In this document: piece by piece, positions 46,133-57,563 of the stretch
Layout: every line of letters starts with the position of its first letter
Numbering within the stretch: the stretch's first letter is position 1
Assembly (NCBI GenBank): GCA_963555825.3
Contig: CAUVXB020000001.1
Span: 1,056,001 to 1,120,000 of the forward strand
Origin: Alphaproteobacteria bacterium
Lineage (GTDB): Bacteria > Pseudomonadota > Alphaproteobacteria > JAAXGF01
Length of the DNA stretch: 64,000 nucleotides
Reading direction: 5' to 3'
The notes under the pieces: model-generated
Told to the model about the DNA's origin: nothing
Databases searched by the model: none
What the model saw: only the letters and a program-made list of their open reading frames with translations
Made by a program: the position numbers and the translations under genes

Positions 46133-47013
46133 ATCGGGTCGGTTGGTCCGCCCCGTTCGCGCAACAGGCCGGCGACGGCCTGACAGCCGACCGCGCCGAG
46201 CACGATGGCGCCGCCGAGCAGCGTCATCGGTGCCGGCACCTCGTTGATGAAGATCCAGACCCAGAGCGACGCCAGGATCGGTTCGAGGAGACCAAGCAGC
46301 GACACTTCGGCGGCCGGCACACGGCGCGTGCCGAGCGTGATCAGGGTAAAGCCTGCGCCGAACTGCACCGAACCCATCAGCAGCGACAGCAGAAGATCGT
46401 GCTGCGAGACCTCGATATCGCCCGCCATGAAGAAGGCGATCACGCCGCCCACCACGCCGGCCATGCAGGTCGCGGGCAGCATGTCGATCGCCTTGTTGCG
46501 CCGAATCACGACGATCATGCCGCCAAAGGTGGCGACGACGCCGAGCGCCACGAGGCTGCCGAGCATGCGCCCCGACGCCAGGCCGCTGCCGACCATCAGG
46601 CCGATGCCGCACAGCGCCACCAGCATCGCCGCCCAGCTCGATGGCCGGACCCGCTCACCGATCACGAGCCACGCCGCGACGGCGACGAACAGCGGCGTCG
46701 CGGCGATGATGAACATGGCGTTGGCGATCGTCGTCAGCAACAGCGAAAAGAGGTAGCAGATCGACCCGACGCCGAGGAACAACGCGACCAGCACTCCGTC
46801 AGTACCGGTGGTGCGGAACGCGGCCCAAAGACCGCCACGGTAACGATAGACGAGCAGCGCGAGCAGCGTTACGACGAAGGAAATCGAGCGGTAGAACATC
46901 ACCTGCCAGCCGTCGGCCGCTTCCATGTTGCGCAGGATCAGGCCGCCCAGGCTGAGGCAGAGCGTCGCGGTCAGGATCATGACCACGCCGGTCCTGTAAT
47001 GTTTGTCGTGCAT
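46129..47013 (-). CDS. DMT/EamA family transporter
   Basis: About 10 TM segments in two EamA repeats, LLEPILA. Confidence 0.88.
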   Translation of the reverse strand: MHDKHYRTGVVMILTATLCLSLGGLILRNMEAADGWQVMFYRSISFVVTLLALLVYRYRGGLWAAFRTTGTDGVLVALFLGVGSICYLFSLLLTTIANAMFIIAATPLFVAVAAWLVIGERVRPSSWAAMLVALCGIGLMVGSGLASGRMLGSLVALGVVATFGGMIVVIRRNKAIDMLPATCMAGVVGGVIAFFMAGDIEVSQHDLLLSLLMGSVQFGAGFTLITLGTRRVPAAEVSLLGLLEPILASLWVWIFINEVPAPMTLLGGAIVLGAVGCQAVAGLLRERGGPTDPI

Positions 47014-47073
47014 GGGTGGACTTACGACACGCGCGCGCCGCCACGGCGCGACGCCGTCGGAGAATGCCAAGAC

Positions 47074-47547
47074 CTAGGAATGATCACGCAGCAGGCGGCT
47101 CTTCTGCCGCTGCCAGTCGCGCTCCTTGGTGGTGGCGCGCTTGTCGTACTGGCGCTTGCCGCGAGCGACGCCGAGCCGCACCTTGGCGATACCGCGGGGG
47201 TTGAAGTAAATCTCGAGCGGCACCAGGGTGACGCCTTTGCGCTGGATCGCGCCGACGAGTCGTTCGATCTCGCGTTTTCGCAGCAAGAGCTTGCGCGGCC
47301 TGAGCGGCTCGTGATTGAGGCGATTGCCGCCGCTGTACTCGGAGATATGGGCGTTGACCAGAAACAGCTCGCCGCCCTGCGCGCTGGCATAGGCATCGCC
47401 GATGTTCGCGCGCCCCTCGCGCAGCGACTTCACCTCGGTGCCGGTCAGCATCACCCCGGCCTCGATCGTCTCGTCGATGAAATAGTTGTAGCGCGCCTTG
47501 CGGTTCCGCGCCGCGACGCGTCCCGGCGCGAGCGCCTGCTTGGCCAT
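47074..47547 (-). CDS. smpB: SsrA-binding protein
   Basis: NRKARYNY, EAGVMLTGTEVKSLR, RKLLL, GKRQYDKR. Confidence 0.97.
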   Translation of the reverse strand: MAKQALAPGRVAARNRKARYNYFIDETIEAGVMLTGTEVKSLREGRANIGDAYASAQGGELFLVNAHISEYSGGNRLNHEPLRPRKLLLRKREIERLVGAIQRKGVTLVPLEIYFNPRGIAKVRLGVARGKRQYDKRATTKERDWQRQKSRLLRDHS

Positions 47548-47569
47548 GACCCGGTATCGCCCGTGGCGA

Positions 47570-48445
47570 TCAGTTGAGCAGGCCCGCCGATCGCATGGCG
47601 CCCTCGACCCGCTCCCTGGTCGCCGAGGTCGGCGAGACCAGTGGCAGCCGAACGTTCTCGCCGCACAGGCCGAGCAGGCTGGCGGCGAATTTTACCGGCC
47701 CTGGGGACGGCTCGACGAACAGCGCGCGATGCAGCGGCATCAAGCGCTCCTGCATGGCGAGCGCCGCGTCGTGGTCGCCGCCCATCCAGGATTCGTGCAT
47801 ATCGGCGCATTGGCGCGGCGCGACGTTGGCGGTCACCGAGATGCAGCCGTGGCCGCCCTGCGCCAGCAGCGCGATGACCGCCGGATCCTCGCCCGACATT
47901 TGGCAGAAGTCGGGCCCGCAGGCCATATGCGTCTCGATCGGCCGGATGGCGTCGCCGGTGGCGTCTTTGACGCCGACGATATTGGGCAACTCGGCGAGCC
48001 GCGCCATGGTCTCGACACTCATGTCGACGATGCTGCGCGGCGGAATGTTGTAGATTAGGATCGGGATTTCGACGGCGTCGTGGATCGCCTTGAAGTGCTG
48101 ATAGAGCCCTTCCTGATTGGGCTTGTTGTAGTACGGCGTGACGTGCAGCACGGCATCGGCGCCGGCCGCCTTGGCATGGCGCGTCAGCGAGATCGCTTCT
48201 TCGGTCGCGTTCGATCCGGCACCGGCAACCACCGGAACGCGGCCCTTGGCGACCTCGATGCACATATCGACGACACGCTCGTGCTCGGCGTGGCTCAGCG
48301 TCGGCGATTCGCCCGTCGTGCCACACGGCACCAGGCCATGCGTGCCATGCTTGATCTGCCAGTCGACGAACGACTGGAAGGCGTCCTCATCGACCGAGCC
48401 ATTGGCGAACGGCGTGATGAGCGCGACAAAGGAACCCTTGAACAT
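47570..48445 (-). CDS. dapA: 4-hydroxy-tetrahydrodipicolinate synthase
   Basis: GTTGES, PYYNKP, YNIP, GVKDATGD; AGGAGG RBS. Confidence 0.96.
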   Translation of the reverse strand: MFKGSFVALITPFANGSVDEDAFQSFVDWQIKHGTHGLVPCGTTGESPTLSHAEHERVVDMCIEVAKGRVPVVAGAGSNATEEAISLTRHAKAAGADAVLHVTPYYNKPNQEGLYQHFKAIHDAVEIPILIYNIPPRSIVDMSVETMARLAELPNIVGVKDATGDAIRPIETHMACGPDFCQMSGEDPAVIALLAQGGHGCISVTANVAPRQCADMHESWMGGDHDAALAMQERLMPLHRALFVEPSPGPVKFAASLLGLCGENVRLPLVSPTSATRERVEGAMRSAGLLN

Positions 48446-48631
48446 GGTCCGATCCTCCTTGTCCCCGGCGCTTTCCCGACCCGGGGATTGGGCTGAACCT
48501 AGCGGCAACCCCGCCGCACGGCAAGCAGTGGCGGCTTGTACCCCATCGCCGGCCATGCGTAAATGCCCGCTCTTCGCCGCGTTTCGAGCCACTCGAAGCG
48601 CGCTCGTCAACCGTAGCCGAGGGGCATATCG

Positions 48632-50626
48632 GTGCTCGCATTGCGGCCTATAGCGATCGGACTGGTAGTCGCCTTCGGCCTCGCCGGCGCGCCGCGCGCC
48701 GAGGATGCGCCGCCGCCACCGAACCTCGCGACGATCTATGGCGCCGCTTTCGCCGCCGCCAAGTCGGGCAAGTGGACGACCGCCTTGAGGCTCGCCGCCA
48801 AGCGACCCGACCCGGTCGCCGACAAGCTGCTCGTCTGGCTCTCGCTGACCAGCGGTCGGGCGTCGGCAGGTTTCGCCGAGATTGCCGGTTTCATCGAGCG
48901 GAACCCGGATTGGCCCAAACAGAACGAACTGCGGCGCCGCGCCGAGGCGATGATCGACGCAGGCCTCGATGACAGGACGGTGCGCGATTGGTTCGCCGCC
49001 TATCCGCCGCTCACCGGGCTCGGTCGCGGGCGGCTCGCTGACCTCTACCTCAAGTCGGGCGATGCCAAGACGGCGGAGGCGCTGATCCGCGAGGCGTGGA
49101 TTGGCAGCAACTTCACCGCGCGCGACGAGAAGGCCTTCTACAAGCGCTACCATCACCGTTTGCGCGCCGAGGACCATGTCGCCCGGCTCGACCGGCTGCT
49201 GTGGGACCGTCGGCGCGGCGCGGCGCGGCGCATGTACCGACGCGTCGACAAGGGCCAACAGCGGCTCGCCGAGGCGCGCACGCGCCTGATCGCGTTCGCC
49301 GGCGGCGTCGACCCGGCGATCGCGCGCGTGCCCGATGCGCTGCGCGATCATCCGAGCCTATGGTACGAGCGGCTGCGCTGGCGGCGGCGAAAAGGCTTTC
49401 ACGAAAGCGCCCGCGAGATTCTCGCCGCGCCGCCCGGCGATCTGATCCGTCCGGCGGCCTGGTGGCGCGAGGCGCGCGTCGAAACCCGCCAGGCGCTGCG
49501 CGAGGGACTGATCTCGGTCGCCTACCGGTTCGCCAGCGAGCATCGGCAGACCGAGGTCCTGCCGCGCGCCCAGGCCGAATGGCTCGCCGGCTGGGTCGCG
49601 CTGCGCCATCTCTCCGACGCCAAGCTCGCCTACCCGCATTTCGAGACGCTCCACGCCATCGTGCGCTACCCGATCAGCATTGCGCGCGGCGCCTATTGGG
49701 CCGGGCGCGCGGCCGCGGCGTCGGGCGACGCCAAACGCGCCGCCGACTGGTATGGCATGGCGGCTCGCCTGCCGACGACCTACTACGGCCAACTCGGCAG
49801 CGCCGCGCTCGGCAAGGGCGGGCGGCTCGCATTGCCCGGCGACCCCAGGCCAAGCGCCGGGGACCGCTCGTTCATCTACGACCACGAGCTGGCGCGCGCC
49901 GTCGAGGTGCTCGCCGCGGCCGGCGACCGCAAGCTGACGCGGACCTTCCTGCTGCATCTCGCCGGCCTCGCCCGGACGCCCGGCCAGCACCGCGTTGTGG
50001 CGGGGCTTGCGTCAGATGTCGGCCGCGCCGATCTCGGCCTGGTCGTCGCGCGACGGTCGGCGCGCGACGGCGTGATGCTGATCGAGGCCGGCTATCCGAT
50101 CACACCCTTGCCGGCGAGCCGAGGCCAGGGCAGCAAGGCCGAACCGGCATTGCTCCAGGCCATGATGCGACAGGAAAGCGGTTTCGACATCGCCGCGGTC
50201 AGCAGTGCCGGCGCGCTCGGCCTGATGCAGCTCATGCCGGCGACCGCGCGTCTGGTGGCGAAACGCCTCGGCATGCCCTACGACAAGACGCGCCTGACCC
50301 AGGACGAGACGTACAACATGACGCTCGGGCGGGCCTATATCGAGGGCCTATTGGACAAATACGACGGCTCCTACGTGCTCGCCGTCGCCGCCTACAACGC
50401 GGGTCCGGGCCGTGTCGGCCAGTTCCTCAGAGACTTCGGCGACCCACGGACCGACGGGACCGACGGCATCGACTGGATCGAGACGATCCCGCTCGACGAA
50501 ACGCGCAACTACGTGCAGCGCGTGCTCGAAGCGGTGCCCGTCTACCGCCATTTGCTGGGCCAGCCGACGCCCGCCAACGGTCTCACTCTCGATCTCGCCC
50601 GGGGCGTCTCGACGCCGCCGAGTTGA
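48632..50626 (+). CDS. Soluble lytic murein transglycosylase (Slt70-like)
   Basis: Signal peptide; RQESGF, GLMQLMP, AYNAGP, ETRNYV. Confidence 0.92.
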   Translation: MLALRPIAIGLVVAFGLAGAPRAEDAPPPPNLATIYGAAFAAAKSGKWTTALRLAAKRPDPVADKLLVWLSLTSGRASAGFAEIAGFIERNPDWPKQNELRRRAEAMIDAGLDDRTVRDWFAAYPPLTGLGRGRLADLYLKSGDAKTAEALIREAWIGSNFTARDEKAFYKRYHHRLRAEDHVARLDRLLWDRRRGAARRMYRRVDKGQQRLAEARTRLIAFAGGVDPAIARVPDALRDHPSLWYERLRWRRRKGFHESAREILAAPPGDLIRPAAWWREARVETRQALREGLISVAYRFASEHRQTEVLPRAQAEWLAGWVALRHLSDAKLAYPHFETLHAIVRYPISIARGAYWAGRAAAASGDAKRAADWYGMAARLPTTYYGQLGSAALGKGGRLALPGDPRPSAGDRSFIYDHELARAVEVLAAAGDRKLTRTFLLHLAGLARTPGQHRVVAGLASDVGRADLGLVVARRSARDGVMLIEAGYPITPLPASRGQGSKAEPALLQAMMRQESGFDIAAVSSAGALGLMQLMPATARLVAKRLGMPYDKTRLTQDETYNMTLGRAYIEGLLDKYDGSYVLAVAAYNAGPGRVGQFLRDFGDPRTDGTDGIDWIETIPLDETRNYVQRVLEAVPVYRHLLGQPTPANGLTLDLARGVSTPPS

Positions 50627-50729
50627 TCGGCCGCCCTGTTGCGACGGGGCGGTTGCGTTTCGCGCCGCCTCGGTTACCTTCGGGGCCGGTCGGGGGCGAT
50701 GCCTCGATACCGGGCAAAGGAATGACGCC

Positions 50730-51416
50730 ATGACCCATCCGCGCTTCGACGACATCGGCGCCTGCGTGTTCGACGCGTACGGCACCTTGTTCGACGTCCA
50801 TTCGGCCGCGGCGCGCTGCCGCGCCGACCTGGGCGATGTGGCCGACGCGGTGTCGCAGACCTGGCGCGACAAGCAGTTACAGTACACCTGGCTACGCAGC
50901 CTGATGGGCCGGCACATCGATTTCTGGCAGCTCACCGGCGAGGGCCTCGATTATGCGCTCGACGCCCACGGCGTCGACGACACGGCGCTGCGCGATCGGC
51001 TGATGGACTGCTACCTCTCGCTGACCGCCTACCCCGAGGTGCCCGCGGTGCTGAAGACGCTCAAGACCGCCGGCATAAAATGCGCGATCCTCTCGAACGG
51101 CGCGCCCAACATGCTCGAGGCGGCGGTGACCAACGCCGGCATCGGCGGCGAGCTCGACGCGGTGCTGTCGATCGAGGACGTCGGCATCTACAAGCCGCAC
51201 CCGAGCGTCTACCGGCTCGCCGTCGACCGGCTCGGCGTCGCGGCCGAACGTATCTCGTTCCAGTCGTCGAACGCGTGGGACGCCAACGGGGCGGCCGCCT
51301 TCGGCTTCCGGGTCGCCTGGGTCAACCGGTTCGGTCAGCCCGCTGAGCGCCTGCCCGGACCGGCCGACGCCGAGATCACGACACTCGAGCAGTTGCCGCC
51401 GCTGTTGGGGCTGTGA
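50730..51416 (+). CDS. Haloacid dehalogenase type II
   Basis: FDAYGTLFD, LSNG, YKP, SSNAWD. Confidence 0.92.
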   Translation: MTHPRFDDIGACVFDAYGTLFDVHSAAARCRADLGDVADAVSQTWRDKQLQYTWLRSLMGRHIDFWQLTGEGLDYALDAHGVDDTALRDRLMDCYLSLTAYPEVPAVLKTLKTAGIKCAILSNGAPNMLEAAVTNAGIGGELDAVLSIEDVGIYKPHPSVYRLAVDRLGVAAERISFQSSNAWDANGAAAFGFRVAWVNRFGQPAERLPGPADAEITTLEQLPPLLGL

Positions 51417-51419
51417 GGC

Positions 51420-52283
51420 GTGTCGATTAGGGCTGCGGCGTACCGCGAACGCCGCTTCTCGACGCATGACGGGGTGTCGCTCTATTTTCGCGATTGGGGC
51501 GACCCGGTTTCGTCTCGCACGCCGGTGCTTTGCCTGCCCGGCCTGGCGCGCAACTGTCAGGATTTCGACGATCTGGCACACCGCCTGGCGGTCGAACGCC
51601 GCGTCGTCTGCCTCGACTACCGTGGCCGCGGCCGTTCCGACTACGACCGCGATTGGACGCAATACGCGCCGAGGGTCTATCTGCGCGACGCCCTCGACCT
51701 CTTGACCGCAACCGACATGCATCGCGTCGTCGTCATCGGCACGTCGCTCGGCGGCTTCCTCGCGATGGCCATGGCGGTGGCCCGGCCGACCGCGCTCGCC
51801 GGCGTCGTGCTCAACGACGTCGGCCCCGAAATCAACGGCGCGAGCCTCGGCAAGCTGATCGAATATGTCGCCACGTACCGGCCGCAACCGGACTGGGATT
51901 CGGCAGCGGCGTTCTTGAAGGAAAACTTCAAGAGAGTCGGACTAACCTCCTACGACGATTGGATGAAAATAGCCAAGAAGACCTTCCGCGAAGGCGCGGA
52001 CGGCGTGCTGCGCTACGATTTCGACCCAAACATCGCCAAGAACCTCGCGGGCGCCGCAGAGGCGGTGCGCAGCCAATGGCCGCTGTTTCGCGCCCTCGCC
52101 CACGTCCCGACGCTTGCTTTCCGTGGCGCCGACTCGGATATTCTCGGTGCCGACACCTTCGCGCGCATGGCGGCCGAGAAGCCCGACCTGATTTCCGTCA
52201 CCGTTGCCAACCGCGGCCACGCGCCGCTGCTCGACGAACCCGAATGCACCGGAGCCATCGATGACTTCCTCGCCCGCCTTTGA
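51420..52283 (+). CDS. Alpha/beta hydrolase
   Basis: PGLARN, DYRGRG.SD, GTSLGG, GHAP. Confidence 0.9.
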   Translation: MSIRAAAYRERRFSTHDGVSLYFRDWGDPVSSRTPVLCLPGLARNCQDFDDLAHRLAVERRVVCLDYRGRGRSDYDRDWTQYAPRVYLRDALDLLTATDMHRVVVIGTSLGGFLAMAMAVARPTALAGVVLNDVGPEINGASLGKLIEYVATYRPQPDWDSAAAFLKENFKRVGLTSYDDWMKIAKKTFREGADGVLRYDFDPNIAKNLAGAAEAVRSQWPLFRALAHVPTLAFRGADSDILGADTFARMAAEKPDLISVTVANRGHAPLLDEPECTGAIDDFLARL

Positions 52284-53262
52284 TCCGCCGACCATCGACG
52301 ACGTCCAATCCGCGGCCGAGCGGCTGGCGGGCGTCGCCTACCGGACGCCGCTGCTCGAATCGCCGCTGCTCAACGAGGCCTTGGGCGGCCGCGTGCTGGT
52401 CAAGGCCGAGGCGCTGCAGCGCACCGGCTCGTTCAAGTTCCGCGGCGCCTACAACCGGATCAGCCGGTTGAGCGACGACCAGCGCGCGCGGGGCGTGGTC
52501 GCCTTCTCGTCGGGCAACCATGCGCAGGGCGTCGCGGCGGCGTCCAAGCTGTGCGGCACCAAGGCGCTGATCGTCATGCCCGACGACGCGCCAAGGGTGA
52601 AGGTCGCGAACACCCGGGCGTGGGGCGCCGAGGTCATGCTGCACGACCCGGCCACGACGTCGCGCGAGGCGGTCGCCCAGGCCGCCGCCGACGAACGCGG
52701 TGCGCTGATCGTGCCGCCCTTCGATCACCCGCTGATCATGGCCGGCCAGGGCAGCGTCGGGCTCGAGCTCGCCGCTCAGGCGGCCGACGCGGGCGCCATG
52801 CTCGACGCCGTCCTGGTGCCGTGCGGCGGCGGCGGGCTGATCTCGGGCTGCGCGCTGGCGCTCGCCGCGGAAGCGCCGGGCGTCCCGGTCTACGCGGTCG
52901 AGCCCGAAGGCTACGACGACACGACGCGTTCGCTCGCCGCCGGCAGCCGGCAGCGCGCGGCGCCCGACGCCGTTACGTTCTGCGACGCGCTGCGCGTGCA
53001 GACGCCGGGTGAGCTGACCTTCACGGTCAACCGACGGCTGCTCGCCGGCGGCGTCGTGGTGAGCGATGACGAGGTTGCGCGCGCCATGCGCCTCGCCTTC
53101 CTGTACTTGAAACTGGTCGTCGAGCCGGGCGGTGCGACGGCGCTCGCCGCGCTCGCCAGCGGCAAGTTCGACGGCCGCGGCAAGACCGTCGCGCTGGTCG
53201 CCTCGGGCGGCAACGTCGATCCCGAGATCTATTGCGCCGCCCTCGCACGCGCCGCCGACTGA
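52261..53262 (+). CDS. Threonine/serine dehydratase family (PLP)
   Basis: TGSFKFRG, SSGNHAQG, PCGGGGL, EPGGA, SGGN. Confidence 0.92.
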   Translation: MTSSPAFDPPTIDDVQSAAERLAGVAYRTPLLESPLLNEALGGRVLVKAEALQRTGSFKFRGAYNRISRLSDDQRARGVVAFSSGNHAQGVAAASKLCGTKALIVMPDDAPRVKVANTRAWGAEVMLHDPATTSREAVAQAAADERGALIVPPFDHPLIMAGQGSVGLELAAQAADAGAMLDAVLVPCGGGGLISGCALALAAEAPGVPVYAVEPEGYDDTTRSLAAGSRQRAAPDAVTFCDALRVQTPGELTFTVNRRLLAGGVVVSDDEVARAMRLAFLYLKLVVEPGGATALAALASGKFDGRGKTVALVASGGNVDPEIYCAALARAAD

Positions 53263-53297
53263 TATAATATTTTCAATAAAACAAGCGGAGACACATC

Positions 53298-54593
53298 ATG
53301 GCCACCGGAACCACCCCCTCGACCGAGGCGATCGTCGCTGCGGTCGACGCGCTGCACGACGAGGCCATCGAGATGCTCGCCGATCTGGTGCGCTTCGGCT
53401 CGACGCTGGGCAACGAGACCGCGGCGCAGGACTTCATGGCGGCCGCCTTCGCGAAGCTCGGCCTCTCGGTCGACCGCTTCGAGATCGACATCGCGACGAT
53501 CGAGAACCAGCCCGGCTTCTCGCCGGTCGACTGGAGCTATGACGACAAGGTCAACGTGGTCGCGACCCACCAGGCGCGCGGCAACACCGGCCGCTCGCTG
53601 ATCCTCAACGGCCACATCGACGTCGTGCCGACCGGGCCAGAGGACATGTGGACCGACCCGCCGTTCGAGCCGGTGGTGCGCGACGGCAAGCTCTACGGCC
53701 GGGGCGGCGGCGACATGAAGGCCGGCATCGTCTGCAATTTCATGGCGTTCAAGGCGCTGCGGTCGCTTGGGCTTCAGCCCGCCGCGCCGGTCTACCTGCA
53801 GACCGTCGTCGAGGAGGAATGCACCGGCAACGGCGCGCTCGCCTGCCTGGCGCGCGGCTATACCGCCGACGCCGCGATCATCCCCGAGCCGTTCGACCAT
53901 TCGCTGATGACGGCGCAGATGGGCGTCATGTGGTTCCGCGTGCTGGTGCGCGGCAAGCCGGCGCATGTGCTCGACACCTCGGCCGGCATCAACGCCATCG
54001 AGGGCGCCTTCCACTTGGTCCAGGCGCTCAAGCAGCTCGAAGAGGAATGGAACGCCGAGGACATCCGCCACCCGGCTTACGAAGGTTTCACCCACCCGGT
54101 CAACTTCAACCTCGGCGTCATCAACGGCGGCGAATGGGCGTCGTCGGTGCCGACCGAATGCTCGTTCGGCATGCGTGTCGGCTTCTTCCCCGGCGTCGGC
54201 ACCGAAGAGGTGCGCACCGCCATCACCGAATGCATCGCCGAGGCGGCGGCCGACCATCCCGGCATGAAGGACACAGCCCCCAAGATCAGCTTCTACGGCT
54301 TCCAGGCCGAAGGCTGCACGATCGACCCGAACGGCGAGATGATGACGACCTTGGCCGAGGTCCACGAGCGCGTCGCCGGCGCCCAGCCCGCGCACCGCGC
54401 GACGACGGCGACGACCGACGCACGCTTCTTCAATCTGTATGGCAAGATCCCGGCGACCTGCTACGGCCCCAAGGCTGACAGCATCCACGGCATCGATGAA
54501 TCGGTCGACCTCGACAGCATGCGCACGGTGACCCGCGTGCTCGCCGCCTTCATGGCGGAGTGGTGCGGGCTGGAGCCGGTGGCGGAGGGCTGA
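53298..54593 (+). CDS. ArgE/DapE-family M20 deacylase
   Basis: NGHIDVVP, GRG..DMK, EEE, HGIDE. Confidence 0.9.
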   Translation: MATGTTPSTEAIVAAVDALHDEAIEMLADLVRFGSTLGNETAAQDFMAAAFAKLGLSVDRFEIDIATIENQPGFSPVDWSYDDKVNVVATHQARGNTGRSLILNGHIDVVPTGPEDMWTDPPFEPVVRDGKLYGRGGGDMKAGIVCNFMAFKALRSLGLQPAAPVYLQTVVEEECTGNGALACLARGYTADAAIIPEPFDHSLMTAQMGVMWFRVLVRGKPAHVLDTSAGINAIEGAFHLVQALKQLEEEWNAEDIRHPAYEGFTHPVNFNLGVINGGEWASSVPTECSFGMRVGFFPGVGTEEVRTAITECIAEAAADHPGMKDTAPKISFYGFQAEGCTIDPNGEMMTTLAEVHERVAGAQPAHRATTATTDARFFNLYGKIPATCYGPKADSIHGIDESVDLDSMRTVTRVLAAFMAEWCGLEPVAEG

Positions 54594-54609
54594 GGTCGAA
54601 AGCGGAAAC

Positions 54610-56264
54610 GGGTGTGGGTCTGGTATGGAAAATCTAAGTCATTGATTTAGTGCGTTTTTTGTGTCGAGACGAACGGCCGAAATCGGCTATTCGTGACAAT
54701 GGGCCGCTCCAAGGCAGGATTTTGTTACGACGGCAGGGTCGAGCAGGGGAAGGTGGGAACGCTCCGCACCGCCAGAAGCGGTACGATGCTGTGTCTCGAA
54801 ACCCAACATCGGGAGCATTCCCATGGCAGTATCCCCGCCTCCGGCGCCTTCGTCCATCGATCTTTCCGGCCTGCCTCCTCGGGTCGTCGAGGCGGCCGCC
54901 CGGGTGCTCGCACTGTGTCGCGAGGAGCTTCGTTCCGAGCCGCGCCCCGAGGCGCCCGAGGAGGTCGAGTTGCGGGTGCGTGAGGCCACGAACGAGTTCG
55001 CTCGCGATGTCATGGGCGCCGTCATCGAGAACCGGGACGATGGCGCTTCCCGGATCGAGCGGGACGGGCAGAGCTGGTTCCGGGTCGCGGTGACGCCGAA
55101 GACGATCATGACCTCGCTCGGTCCGGTGACCTACCGGCGAGCGCGTTACCGCAGCGGCGCGAGCGGGGCATCGCCGGTGCCGGTCGACGAGAGCCTGGGC
55201 CTCGTCGACGATTACCTGACGCGGCCGGCGGCCGAGCTCGGTCTGCTGATGATGGGTCACTGCACGGCCCGGGAAGCGGCGGCGTTCTTTGCGAAGACCG
55301 GCGCCATGACGCCGTCGGTGAGCACCCTGCAGCGCCTGACCCTGAGCATGCACGAATGCTGGGAGAGCCTCGGCCCGGAGACGCTGGGCAGCATCCGTGA
55401 GGCCGAGGGCATACCCGCAGGACGCGACCACCGCCTCGGTCTCCCTCGACGGCGTCATGGTGCCGCTGAGACCCGGCGAGGACGGTCGCGCCAAGGCCTC
55501 CTGGCGCGAGGCTGCCTGCGGCACGGTCTCCTTCCACGACGCCGAGGGCAAGCGCCTGAAGACCCTCTATCTCGGCCGCATGCCGGAGAGCGGCAAGCTC
55601 ACGCTGAAGGCGCAGCTTGCAAGCGAAGTCGCACACATCAGGCGAGCACGCCCCGAGATCGGGATCGTCGCTATCGCCGATGGCGCCGCCGACAACTGGA
55701 CCTTCCTGGAGACCCTGTCGCCCGAAACCGAGGTGATCGACTTCTGGCATGCTTGCGAACATCTGCAAACCGCGTCCGACCATGCCGTGGCGCCCGGCTG
55801 GTTCGAGAAGTACCGCGAGATCCTCCGTCACGATCCCCGTGGCGTCGCCAAGGTGATCCGGGCGCTGCGCCACCTTCGCGATGCCGCCGCTGCGCCGGAC
55901 CGGGCCGAGACCGAGCGGGAACTCGCCTTCTTCCGCAAGCATCGCCATCGCATGCGCTACCACGCCCTGAAGGAAGAGGGCATCGCCATCGGCTCAGGCG
56001 TGGTCGAAGCTGCCAACAAGACCCTGGTGACACAGCGCATGAAGCGCTCCGGCATGCGCTGGCGGATCGTCGGCGGACAGGCTGTTCTGACCTTCCGCGC
56101 CCTGATCAAATCCGGCCGCTTCGAGCGGGCATGGAAGGCCCTGATCAGCGCAACCGACACACCGGCCAACGACAACATCAGTCCACGTGCAGCAGCCATG
56201 GCAATCGCTGCCTGAACTCAACGAACCAAGCCGCAGACATCACTGCCATGCGAGACTCGCACCC
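54610..56264 (+). mobile_element. ISKra4-like (Mutator-type) insertion sequence
   Basis: 19-bp IRs GGGTGTGGGTCTGGTATGG / GGGTGCGAGTCTCGCATGG (15/19); 8-bp TSD GCGGAAAC at 54602-54609 and 56265-56272. Confidence 0.88.
54823..56215 (+). pseudogene. ISKra4-like transposase, frameshifted at CCC 55414-55416
   Basis: SLDG, ADGAADNW, DFWHACEHL, IGSGVVEAANK; removing one C fuses the two ORFs. Confidence 0.8.
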
Positions 56265-57073
56265 GCGGAAACTACGTCATGGCGAAGGCCGATCCAGGTC
56301 TTGGTGAGACATTACTCGCGGTGCGCGATTGGGCCCGGGGCGAGGCGGCGCCGTATCTCACCTGGTTGCCCAATTGGATAGAGCCCTACGCGGTGGACAC
56401 CGGCGCAGCCCTGGTACTGTTTGCCGCCGTCATCGCGGCGTGGCGGTTTGGGGCTGAACTCTGGGGCGCCGCGATCTGGGCGCCGCGCGGGGTTTGGCGG
56501 TGGGCCACCGGCATTCAAGCGCCGAAGAGCGAAACCGAAGAAATACGCGACGACGTCAAAAAAAATTCGCGACGACATAGAAGCGCTGGTGCGGGCACAA
56601 ATCGAGGCACAAGTCCAGGATTCGCGAGGTGAAGGTGAAGAACTAGCGATAGATGTCGTCGAACGCGCCGTCGCCGCTGCTCGTGAGGTTTTGCTTTCCA
56701 ACGATCCCTCCAAGGCCGAGGCTCAGAAAGCGCTGCGCGACGGCGACATGAAAGCGGCCGAAGATGCGCTCGAGCGCGCGTTTGCCCAGGAGGCTGACGC
56801 GGCGCTGCGCGTGAACGACGAAGCCCAACAACTCAATGCGAAAGCCGCGCGAACCGCGCGGGAGAAAGCCGCCTTGGCCGCCACACGATCGGTGGCGGAC
56901 GCGATTCATTGGTACGGAAAGGCTGCCGAATTCGAACCCGCAGATTTTTGGACGCACATCGAGTTGGCCCGTTTGCATATTGCAAAGGGCGACCTTTCAT
57001 CGGCACTACGAGCCGGCGAGGCCGGACGTGACGCCGCAAGAGATGATCGAGATGGAGCCGTTGTGTCTGATCA

Positions 57074-57528
57074 GATCGGCGACGTGCAGGTCAAGCAGGG
57101 CAATCTCACCGATGCGCTCGCCAGCTACCAGGCCTCCATTGACATCCGAGAACGACTGGCGGCGGCCGATCCGGGCAACGCCGGCTGGCAGCGCGACCTG
57201 TCGGTTTCGCATAACAAGATCGGCGACGTGCAGGTCCAGCAGGGCAATCTCACCGATGCGCTCGCCAGCTACCAGGCCGATTTGGACATTGCTCAGCGCC
57301 TTGCGGCAGCCGATCCGGGAAACGCCGGCTGGCAGCGCGACCTGTCGGTTTCGCATAACAAGATCGGCGACGTGCAGGTCCAGCAGGGCAATCTCACCGA
57401 TGCGCTCGCCAGCTACCAGGCCTCCTTGGACATTGTTCAACGACTGGCGGCGCCCGATCCGGGCAACGCCGGCTGGCAGCGCGATCTGTCAGTTTCGCAG
57501 GAAAGGATCGGCGACGTGCAGGTCCAGC
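57074..57528 (+). repeat. 144-bp (48-aa) TPR-like tandem units
   Basis: cggcgacgtgcaggtc anchor at 57077, 57221, 57365, 57509; further partial unit 58949-59052. Confidence 0.92.
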
Positions 57529-57563
57529 TGTATCGCACCCGGTTCCTTGGACACAAGTTTGTC

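Noticed and set aside
47074-47570. tmRNA gene near smpB, or tRNA integration sites
   Set aside because: No tRNA-like arms or CCA ends were recognised in adjacent intergenic DNA or elsewhere by eye
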